Shown here piece after piece: positions 53,501 through 64,000 of a stretch of DNA of 64,000 nucleotides. Source of the DNA: Dimorphilus gyrociliatus (lineage: Eukaryota > Animalia > Annelida); assembly GCA_904063045.1 (NCBI GenBank), contig CAJFCJ010000003.1:2962504-3026503 (forward strand), in the 5' to 3' direction. Within the stretch, counting starts at the first letter, position 1; each line of letters starts with the position of its first letter. Below the pieces are notes generated by a model. The model was not told the DNA's origin. It saw nothing but the letters and a program-made list of their open reading frames with translations, and did no database searches. Position numbers and translations under genes: made by a program.

Positions 53501-55390
53501 TATCTTTCAAAGAGTGTACATGCGTACTAGTTTACGGCAGACATTTTCTTTAATGTCTTTTATTATATTTCTATTCTCTGTCTTTCTTTTCTCTGCTTGA
53601 GCCCTCTTTCTCCCTTTTCCTCTATGTCTCTCTCTGTCTGCCTGTCTCACCCTTTTTCTTTCACTTTCAATCTAAACCTGTTCTCGTTACTTCATTTCAT
53701 CTTTCATACTTAAGCCCATTTTATAGAGGTTACTCCCAGGACTATCTAACGTCTGTCCAAGTTGACGATTTTCTCATCAACTTTCGAATAGAATGTTACA
53801 ACTGAGCGGAAAGGTCAGCAAACTCGATACATATAATATAAACATTTGTTTTCTATGTGTTGACGGCCAATAAAAGAGAAATTAAAAGCTTTATTTGATA
53901 TTTGATTTTTCTTTCCTTTCATATCGAATGTAACAAAAAATTACGATGAATGATGAAATAGTTTTAAATTGAACAAACAAATATAAAAAGGAAAAAAAAC
54001 ATATGGCTATATATTAAAAACACAGTTAGAAGCTATACAATAAATGCTCATAGTACTCTCAATGGGCTCATTTTATGAGATTGAATTTAATTTTCAAATA
54101 AACTCCTTGTTACACTCTATTATATACTCTGTTATGTAGGGAATAAAATGAAACAGAAAAATAATAGGCTAGAAAAAGATGGGGAAAAAAGAGAAAAAAC
54201 AAAGAGATAAGAGAGAAAGGGAGAAAAAGAAATAGAAAATGACAGGAAAGAGGGAGGTGGAAAGAGAGAGAGGAGGGATAAATATAAATTTTTACTCCAA
54301 ATAATACTCAGAAAATGATAGCCTGATATTTATACGACAACAATGAAATATATATAAAGGTAGAGAAATGAAGAGATTGATGAATACGTGGAGGTATTCG
54401 TGATACCAATATCCAATCACATTTAAAGATAATTTAGCGGGTAATAAGGATTGATATTTTTTAACATTAAAATACATGTTGTTCTAAGTATAGAATATGA
54501 TACAAAACCAAAACTGATATATATATATATATATATATATAATCATTACAATAATAAGCAATAAAATAGAAGGAAAAGAGGAAAAGAAACTGATAAAGAA
54601 AAATAAAAGGGAAAAAAAATCATCCAGTTCCGTGTAAAATTGCATTTTATACCGATTTTCCTTTCGCTTATCGTTGTTCCCTTTGAGAACAAAGCGAATA
54701 AATTCATTAAGTAAACCGGCAAAAAAAGGGTTTCGTGCATATTCGATTGCAACGACAAAATCATAGTATTAGTTTATTGCCATCATTAACGACAAATGAT
54801 TCATTTTGAGGAGGCACACCAGAAAGAAAACGATAGTTTTTTTTATGTTAAAACATCTTTCTTCTCGCTTAAAATATTTAATTCTTCATCGTTTCTGATT
54901 TTTTCCACTTTCCTTAAAGAATACTAACAGCGTCCTTGTTTATTTAGACTTGTTATTTACCCATCGACAATCTTAAGAGGAATAGATAAATTTCCTCTAA
55001 AAGTTTATCTTCTTCCTATTTTTCATACAATTCAATAACAATATGTCTAAATGGATAGATTTATAAATCTTCGTCCGACTAGATTGTACAGTCTACATAA
55101 TCTATTTACATTCAGTCTATACGTTTATAAATAAATATATAAATACATATGGATGCTATAAATAGATATTAAAACCACTTTCTTCCCTCGTTACTCTTTA
55201 CCCCGACAGAACAAAGCAAGCTGATCGGCTATTACTAGACCACTACCTACATTTTAAAAGAACACTGTCGCCATCTAATGTTAGATGAATGTACTAGAGA
55301 AGCAAATATCTTTTATTTTTTTAATTTTTAGCGTTTTAAAGTTCAAATTATGATATTATATACAAAGTTTGTCTTAGAATAACTTTTAAT

Positions 55391-56567
55391 CTAATTTGAA
55401 TAGGGAGGAGCTGATTGATTATAGTAAGGTTGAGTTCCTGGAGGAGGGTATGTCCCTGGTTGCTGGTAAGCTCCTGGTTGCTGGTAAGCTCCCGGTTGTT
55501 GAACTGGTTGAGGTGTGGCATATACGTGAGTTGTCGTAGGTACTTCTTTTCTTGACGATGATTTCTTGCAACAAAGCGCAATCGTTCCCACAATAAGAAT
55601 CAACAATATAACTCCTCCAATTGCAATTCCGATAATAGCTGGGGTCGATAATTTGCATTTTGCTCCCCATGCAAAGCCTTCGTCAGACTTGTCTCCACAG
55701 TTATTATATCCATCACATTTTACACTGTCCGAAATGAATCTGTCTTGCCTTTTACATTCAAAACTGTTTTTAAAACTGCTTAATGAATATTCGGTAATAA
55801 TAAAATAAAATCCCTCATATCTCCAAATAGTTGGTCTGTCTATTGTGTTGAATTCAATAGTAATTTCTCCAGACGAAGGTTCACTAAATATATCATACTT
55901 CAAATCGCTTCCTGAGCCACAAAATCCCCCTGTAATTTATTAATATAATATAAATTTTTAATAAAAAACGATTAGAAAATGTAGTTAACTTTTTTCACAT
56001 TAATTTATGATAAGTAAAAAGAATAAAAAAAATTATCTTTCTCCTTAAACAATACTATTGAATATCATCAAAGTATTATTAACATTTCGTATGATAGTAT
56101 CATGATAAAATAGTTAGGTTTATAAGGCTAAGTTAAGAATAGAAATTCTTTCGTCAAATAAACAAACTTACAGGTTCTTGCCCCTTTAACGATGACATAA
56201 TCATATCTGCTACACCTTCCAACATCAAACCAAAATCCAGATCTCATATGAAGTCTGCGAATCGTAAGTATAAGACCTTTTCCAGGGTTTGGCTTTATTG
56301 TGGTAAAGCATCTTTTATCCTTTTTATAATATGACCCCGACTGGGATTTAAATTTGAACGAACTAATATTTTTTCTGCTCATATCCAGTATTTTGGGAAG
56401 CCCTGAATCCCTACCACAATATTCATCATCTTGCATAAAATAAGTCTCTGAAAAGGGATTTATATTTACCGAAATGTATAAATAATAAATATTAATGTAT
56501 ACGTACTGTACGCTAGTAAAGCAGTCAACATAGAAAAAAGAATAAAAAGACGTAGTATGTTGTCCAT
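55391..56567 (-). CDS. Secreted-pathway single-pass membrane protein with CUB domain, one LDLa module, TM helix and Pro/Gln/Tyr-rich tail; 3 exons, ~291 aa
   Basis: Exons 56567-56507 (signal peptide MDNILRLFILFSMLTALLAY), 56447-56172 and 55929-55391, all GT-AG and in frame. CUB features: YCG...CFTTI...GLILTI...C..YDYVIV...FCG...GEITIEF...GFYFIITEY. LDLa: FEC...ISDSVKCDGYNNCGDKSDE...C. TM: IIGIAIGGVILLILIVGTIALCC. Confidence 0.88.
55456..55500 (-). repeat. 18-bp coding tandem repeat encoding QQPGAY-QQPGAY-QQPGTY
   Basis: The plus-strand unit CCTGGTTGCTGGTAAGCT occurs twice, plus a degenerate partial copy. Confidence 0.85.
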
Positions 56568-57340
56568 TTTTTGTTGTTTCTACTGATTAGATCCACCACA
56601 GTCTGGTTCAACAACTCTAATACCTGTAAAGCTTGTGGGAGTACTTATTTATATATATATATATATAATATATATATATACTGAATATATATATATATAT
56701 ATATATATAGCAAATATATAAGCTAACTTATCAAGAAAGTTATGACTCATCACCATATCGTTAACAAACAGTTAAGAAAGATAAAGAAACCAAAGCAACA
56801 GCGGAACTAGACGAGAGCCTTTGATAACACCAAGATAAGGTACCAGAATGTTAGGTGACGATAAATAAGACTCTATGTATTAGAAAAACATTCATATGTA
56901 TATATATATATATATATATATACATGTACATATAAATTATATCATATCTGTAAATGTACTGTAAAGTATTCACTAACATATTTATCCTTGTTGAATGTGA
57001 ACGACTGTTTATAAAATTTATTAGAAGGTTAAACATATGCCACACAAAAATGATGATAGTTAATTGATTTAATAACTGTTATATTAATTACTGTATATTA
57101 TAGAGAATTTATAAATTATATCTATTTCTATGAAAAAACCAAATATTTTATAAGGAATGTTAGATAATGATAAACTGTTTATTAAATGTTATTAATAATA
57201 ATATGATGACAAAAAACACGTATTAGTCATTCTCCTCTAAGGTATATAATTAGAAAACAATAACAGATAACAACAAAATCATTAATTATCATAGCCTATT
57301 AGAACAAATTTCAAGAATTAGAGTGCATTGCTTATAATAT

Positions 57341-57341
57341 A

Positions 57342-57391
<50 letters not shown>
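57341..57391. repeat. ATACTGTA followed by a (TA)n microsatellite
   Basis: The TACTGTA heptamer directly abuts a ~22-unit TA run. Confidence 0.95.
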
Positions 57392-57398
<7 letters not shown>

Positions 57399-58253
57399 GA
57401 AAAAAGAAACAATAATTTACAATTTAGATTGAAAGGATCTTGTTAAAAATGTGTATTGAATAAAATTTGCATGATTCAGCTCTTTTTTAAATTATCTTGA
57501 TTTGGAGCATATTCAGAAAAAATGCGACATCACAAAATGAATGATTTTAAAATACTTTGGAAATCATTATACAATAATACAAAAAAGAAGAACAAAAATG
57601 GCTGCTTAGAATTAAAGATAATATGGCACCATTTAAGAGAAAAAATACAATAGACTTACAAAGATAATAATAATAAAACAAAGAGAAAGAAACAATACAA
57701 TATTATAAGAAAAATGTACGGTATGCAGTGAAGAAAATGATATGCATTACGTTCTTATTACCTAGCTTATACTTTTTCCTCTACGACTAATTAGGACTGA
57801 AAGACTAATTTTATTATATTCTACTCTGCTTTTTCTTTTAAAAAAATATGAAAGAAAAGATGATTACACAATTACTTTTCTTTAATTTAAATATTTATTC
57901 TATTCTTCTTTAACTCAAGTAATCATTAGAAAAATTAACAGGATTTAACCTATTATCCAACATTGTCTAATTAACGATCTAACAAAATTCTTTTCCCTAA
58001 TGTTTATCTTTATATATATACTAATACATATATTCACGAATAATCTAAAATGATTCATAAATAATTCCTGTGATTAACAAATTTTTTTCCATTTCTGTTA
58101 TCTTATATAAAGTTCTTTTGAAAAAGATTTTTTGCTTATTGCCCCTACAAATTTTGCTAACGATTAAAAGACAAATTTACATATTCGTAAAATCTATAAC
58201 TACAATTTGAATATTTAGAGTTTTCAACGAAAAAACAGCAAATAAAAAGTTTC

Positions 58254-61200
58254 TTACAATGACTCAAATTGATCAATTCGGTTTTTAGTATTACCCATAC
58301 GAATCTGTTTAAGAGTCTTGTACTTGTCGAGCCCTTGTAGTAGGGTATTGTGATGAATAACATCATTCCTTGAAATATTTCCCCTCTTTTCACCCAATTC
58401 TTGACGAAGAGCCTGAGATCAAATATTATAAATTTATTTTGATTAACTTAATTAATCAATTAATTTATTATAATTTAATTTTTTTTCTTTAAAATACCTC
58501 TAATTTTTTTTTATTAGTAATGCTATCTGCTGGATTTTCTTCTTCTTCTTCTTCTTCTTTTACTGGTATCTCATTTTGTTGCTGTTGGACTTCAGCAACT
58601 TCTATGTTATTATTTACGATTTCTTGGACGACTGTCTCTACTACAGAATCTACTTGGTCTTCTTTATAACCGTTTGTTTCTATAGCAACTGGAACTTCTG
58701 TTTGTTCTGCAACGTCTGTTTGTGGTGTGACTTCTCTTTCAATAACTGGAGCTGCTTCTATAGCTTCCTGCATCCTTAATTGCGATTGTTCTACTTCAAA
58801 TTGAGCTTTGTTATACTCTATCTGCAAACTTTCCATTTTTTCTTGCAATTCGCTTTCTCTTGCTTCCATTGCTGCTATTTCTCTTAATCTTTTCATTAGG
58901 AAATTAAAAACAATTGATATTAAAAAAATAATAGGATTTCAGGATTTTATTAATTGGTCAAGTTACCTAGTTTCAGCTTCCGATTTTAGTTTTTCGTATT
59001 CCTCTTTCTCACATGATCTAGCCTGTTCAGCTTGTCTAGCAGCTTCTTCCGCTTGCCTTCTAGCTTCTGCCAGTTTTTCGGCTTCTGCTACCAATGTACT
59101 AGCTTTTAGTTCTAATTCTCTAGCAACAATTTGAGAATTTTCTAAATCCTCCTTGGCTTTTTTCATTTCTTCTTCGTATTTCGATAGTCGTTCTCGTAAT
59201 TCTTCTTTTTCTCTTTCGATCTGTTCAATTTTCTTTTTAGCTTCTTTCACGGATTGCCTTTCAAATTTTTTATTTCTTCTCTCTTCCAATGCAGCAATTC
59301 TCATTTGCTGACTCTGTTGAATAATTTCAATTTGAGTACAAAACTAATAACTATCATAGTAATAATATTAAAGAAAATTATTAGTAATTAGTTAATTAAT
59401 TAATATTAAAAAATACAATTTCTTTCTATAAGAGAATATAGCAAATATTAAAATTACCTCAATCGATTCGGCTTGACGTCTCTGCAAATAGAGTTCGTGA
59501 TTCTTCATACATAAAGACAAAATTAGCTTGTTTATACGTAGGCGAGGTGCGATGAAGACAAATTCAGGAGAGTTCTTGTCAATTGGTTTAATTATAAACT
59601 TTTTATCGTTAAAAGAAATGTTGCGAATTTCTGACCATGGGAATCCAACTCTGGGTATTAATTTGTCATTAGGCTCATAAATGTTTAGGCCTAAAGCATC
59701 AACACCTAGTAACAAGTCAGATCCTTTTTTGTTCTTTATCTCAAAATAGTTAACACCATACATTTCGAGATCTTGTGTAATCTTTAGATATTCCATCATA
59801 GCTTCTTCTCTTAAAAGGTCTGTGTGATCTTTCCACCAAGTTATAATCCTCTCTTCCCATTCTTCTCTAGAAAGTTTGTGGTTATCTATCACAGATTGCG
59901 GGAGGAGATTATCTTCACTGATAGAAATACCTAAAAACAAGACAATTTAAATACTTTGTCGAAAACTAATTTTAATTCTATATTTTCTAAATATTTACTC
60001 TTATGGAAGTCTCCGTATTTCGCTTGAAGAGCATATGAAGCTAAAAGGACGCTTACATCAGCTGGGGAATAAATATCTTCATTTAGGATACTTCTTTTAA
60101 CTTGAAGATAAAACAATCTTTGGGTTATGTCTTGAATTAGTTCTTCAGCTACATCTTCCGGAAAGAATTGGGCGCGAAAATTAAACGTTAAACAAGGGTC
60201 TTTAGCTATGTCTAGACTGGAAATTTTCTTATCCAATCTCAACCACATAGTAAATCCTTTAGGATCTCGATATGAAAGACCAAAATATCCTACTTCTCTT
60301 AATCCCAAAGTCTTTACAACTTGATCAAAGAGTTGTTGTCCAGTTGTGCTCGATAGAACTGTAAATTCCAGTTCAGCATCAATGGTATAAACTCGAACAT
60401 TCAACTAGAAGGAAAGAAATGAAAAATATAAAAGAAATTAACTTCTTTTTCCTAAATTTAATTATTAATATAAAAGAGCAATTGAAAAGAATTTAGTGAA
60501 TTTTCGATACCGAAATCATTTGTTCAATATATTTTCTTATCAATCTAAACGGTGTCTATTTTTTTTATTCAAATAAAATTTTTTAATAAAAAACTTTAAA
60601 GATATTTCTATCAGAGAGAAAAATATCTACTTATCTAATTTATATCTGCAGTAAAATAAGTAGTTTTAAACTTCTAGGACACAATTCTTAGGCTTTGACA
60701 CATGAATAAATGTCATTAAGTATGCTTAGTTATTATATTTATGAAAGAATGATAAATACATATTTAAATCTTCACATATAGAAAAAATTATATAATTTGG
60801 TAACTTTACTTCTCATATTCAAAACTTTTTATAAAAGAAAAAATACGGCTCTCTTTCAATTTTCATTCATTTTTGAATATAAAGTAATTGACGAATAAAA
60901 GGTGAAAAATCAGTTTAATACTTAAAAACACAATTGTTTAATTATTGATATATTTGTAAGATACTTAAATTTTATACAGCAATATCGAATACCTAGAATA
61001 TTGCAATGTATTTATAATAAATGCGAAAAAATGAGATATAATAAATACACAAAAAACATTTTTGGACGCACTTGTTGAACGATTTATCATCAATTTTAAG
61101 CTATTTACCAAGTTTATCGTTAGTGGAAGAATCGATAAAAAATATCCCTTTTATTTCTCAAGATAAGGCAGACTAGCTACTATATAGATTTTGTCGGTCG

Positions 61201-61256
61201 TCTTTGCTTAATCATCTGCAAAATAAGAAAGAGAAAAAACTTACACTTGGCGGCAT
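58254..61256 (-). CDS. ERM-family (moesin/ezrin/radixin-like) protein, 6 coding exons, ~595 aa
   Basis: Exons 61256-61245, 60404-59999, 59930-59458, 59313-58967, 58888-58498 and 58412-58254, all GT-AG and in frame. N-terminus [22 protein letters not shown] motifs (FGL..., [56 protein letters not shown]), a coiled coil, and the [32 protein letters not shown] with the conserved regulatory Thr (KYKTL), which favours ERM over merlin. Confidence 0.96.
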
Positions 61257-64000
61257 AGTTAGTGGTTGAAAACTGTTTGTCACAATAAAAAAGCAAAACC
61301 AGAAGCTTTTTTAGATTTTAAAGGGATCGATAAAAGCAGCGAGCACCACACCCAACAAGCGAATGCAGAAATGAAAAACGTTCCACCGCCTAAAACAAGC
61401 TGGTTCACGTTATCAATCAACGACCGACTTGGCCTGAAAAAGTTCAGATACACTGATAAAGTCGCGATTTATAAATTATATATCATTTTGTAGCAAGTTG
61501 CTCGTGTAAAATGTTCAAGTTTTATCAATTATCTACCTACTTTTAGGTTAATATCAAAGTAGCCTTCTATTGCTATTTAGCTTAATAATCTATATATTTA
61601 AAATAGTTAACTAATACGTAATTGGTGTATGGATTAACCTCAAAAAAATTTAAAATCCCAGTAAAAATGTCTCTCATTGTCAAGTCAGTTTAAGTTCCTT
61701 CTGTTTTTGTTTTTTAGTTTAATAATGCTTCATAAGGTTTTCTATTTTATGCAAAATTTTCAAGTATCCTCTGTTAGTCATGATGTCCTGATAAAACAGC
61801 TAAAAAATCTTTTATTCATTGTACGTAATTAATTATAGACCTTAGTTTTGTGTCCTTCGAATATAAAAAATTTATACTGTTCACTATATATTCAATATAA
61901 ACTTAATATAGCCTCAAGATACGACTAAGTATACAAATTTTCTTCATCTTCCCTCTCTCTTCTATAAGTGTTTGTTCTTCAAAGAGTAGAATCAATAAAA
62001 ACCGAAAGTAATTGATTTTCGAACGAAAAACAAAAATTAAAATAAATTTACTTTAATTATACTATATTGAAAAGAGGGAGAGAGAGAGATAGCGAGAGAG
62101 AGAAGAGCAAAAATATCATCATTTTAATACTACTATAAAAAAAAGTAGTTCATATAAAAGACAAGCTCAACACCAGTAAAAGACGCAAGTTAAATAAATT
62201 AATTTGATTAAGAACGAATTGGAATAGTACATGATTATCTCCTTGTACCAAATTAAGCTGTCACCTAGACAAGGACTAAAAAGGAAACCGTTTTTTAACA
62301 TTTCCAATCTATAAATAGATGTTGTATTTATCTTAACTTTTAGCATAATTTTATTACTATAATTTAGAATATTTTTTATTTCCTATGTTTCAATTCGTTC
62401 ATTCATACGCTGAATATTTTACTTATAATCTAAATATAATACTAAATCAATTATAAGATATACAATATACTTTGTATATCTATAATGTTTATAAATTTTT
62501 GTCAATTTTATAATCTTTTCTAACTCGATTTTGTTTCTCATCTCTTTTTCTCCGGTTCGGTCTGCCTTTATTCCTAAACCTTGTAAAAAACGTCTTGATT
62601 TTGTTACAATGTTGCCTAGATAGTTAATACGCCACCTATAGGATTCAAGAAATTTATTGTGGCTGAAGAAAAAACTGCACATATAGGATACTCTGGATGT
62701 ATTTGCTTATGCATTTAATACATGTATTGTTTAAGGAACTTGTATATATTTTATATACATATATACATATATATATGTAAACATTTATACATATACATAT
62801 ACTCTGTATAAGCTGTATATTCTGTATAATATAAAGTTTATTTTTTGTTCTTTGACTGTTAAGTATGGTCGTATAAGTTTTTTTATGGGGAAAATTTAGA
62901 ACTCTATATACTTTTATAAGGTAAATGAACTCGGTATTGTTTTTATGGCCTTTTACAGTTCTTGATTTGTCTCTAATACGTGTAACAAACAGTATCAAAT
63001 GACGGCTTACATAATCATATAATTTCTAAAAGTATCATAAATCAATATGAATGCATTAATACTAAAATTTTGGTATTTATTAATAACTGATATTTTTTAT
63101 TTTTGCCTCAATTTAACGTTTGATTAAGTATTTAAATCGCACTATTCTGTCCTAAATATCACCTTAGTAGAAGACCATATTTTTTATCTCAGTATCCTAA
63201 TTTATAACCCTAGTCAAGATGATATAATAATAGACCTTTAAGTTGATTTATGATTGATCAAGAAACAATTGTACTCAATTTCGTTATTATTTTTTCTCGA
63301 AAGTAATCTTTTTAGAACACAGAGTTAACTCCACGGAATAATTAAAATCTATTATCAGTTCTATTTTATACGCCAAAATTTACTCTACTTTTGAATTATT
63401 CACTAAAAATTATATCACGTGATCTTTTTCAAGAGATTTTTTTTTATCTTTGTACGCAACGTTTTTATCCTACATAATTATATGATTATGTTTAATAATA
63501 GCCGCAAAAGAGATCAGTGAAGGAACCAAACCGTATAATTTTTTCATCAGTTTCAGAGTAAATTTTCCAATGTTAGTGTCTATTTTTAATAAACTGGACG
63601 ATAAAAATTTAGTCTGAAACTTTCCAACTGTTCTTCTAAACTTTTAAACATTTTCGTCTTTTCTTGTAGGTCTATATAATAAACCAACTTATATCATCAG
63701 ATATCTCATTAACAGTAGAATTAACTTAATTTATTAAAATATAAAATTAAATTATTCTCTTAGAAATGAATAAGCTAAATATCGAATGGAAGGGACAAGG
63801 TCTTGGCTTTTTAGCACTAGGAAACGTAAAATCTTTGTGAATGACAATAATTCACCTTTATTGAATAATATTAGAAATTGCATAACCAAATAGTTTGAAG
63901 TAGAAATAGTACCAAAAATATATTGTATATAATCTATGTTATATAATAGACAGGGATTTTCCTTAAACCTCTCCTATCCTTCTCTTGATTGCATAATATT

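Noticed and set aside
55348-55808. Overlapping ORFs 55348-55593, 55419-55670 and 55566-55808 (including apparent ELTSNQ repeats)
   Set aside because: These are alternative frames or the antisense of the CUB-LDLa last exon; the repeats come from the same 18-bp DNA unit.
58157-58393. 78-aa minus-strand ORF starting at GTG
   Set aside because: It is an out-of-frame reading of the ERM last exon; the true frame ends RIDQFESL* at 58254.
61216-61244. Strong acceptor only 29 nt after the ERM exon-1 donor
   Set aside because: It is far below the ~55-nt minimum intron size seen here, and splicing to it gives an immediate stop ([15 protein letters not shown]).
1-64000. CRISPR arrays, rRNA, tRNA and operon-type prokaryotic features
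   Set aside because: The sequence is eukaryotic with spliceosomal introns; I saw no regularly spaced repeat-spacer array, rRNA or tRNA cloverleaf with A/B boxes.

Overview
AT-rich (roughly 70-75% by eye) eukaryotic genomic DNA with short GT-AG introns (mostly 55-200 nt) and many (TA)n/(CT)n tracts. It looks like a compact invertebrate genome. Spiralian/annelid (Dimorphilus-like) is my inference from architecture and protein style, not something I could confirm. I reconstructed seven intact genes by hand: a Tctex1-domain dynein light chain (+, 3642-4091), a transgelin/MP20-like calponin-family protein (+, 4851-5775), a 15-exon anoctamin/TMEM16 (+, 6752-11179), an intronless FMRFamide/sex-peptide-receptor-like GPCR (+, 15164-16213), a 5-HT1-type serotonin receptor (-, 36815-42205), a CUB-LDLa single-pass membrane protein (-, 55391-56567) and an ERM protein (-, 58254-61256). 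There is also a partly resolved uncharacterised gene (-, 190-1298) and a decayed Tc1-type transposase (-, ~49880-50560). Most notable: the 201-nt intron in the third intracellular loop (ICL3) of the 5-HT1 receptor is closed by a 26-bp RNA stem that starts exactly at the 5' GU and leaves only the terminal AG unpaired, and it contains a canonical G-quadruplex motif. Other notable patterns are about 22 copies of TA-CAG-TA/TA-CTG-TA in TA tracts (the classic Tc1/Sleeping Beauty excision footprint), two perfect CRE sites upstream of the 5-HT1 gene, enrichment of CTCF/YY1-like AGATGGCG motifs, and a 20-kb coding-free gap between two convergent GPCR genes. No rRNA, tRNA or CRISPR array was recognised.
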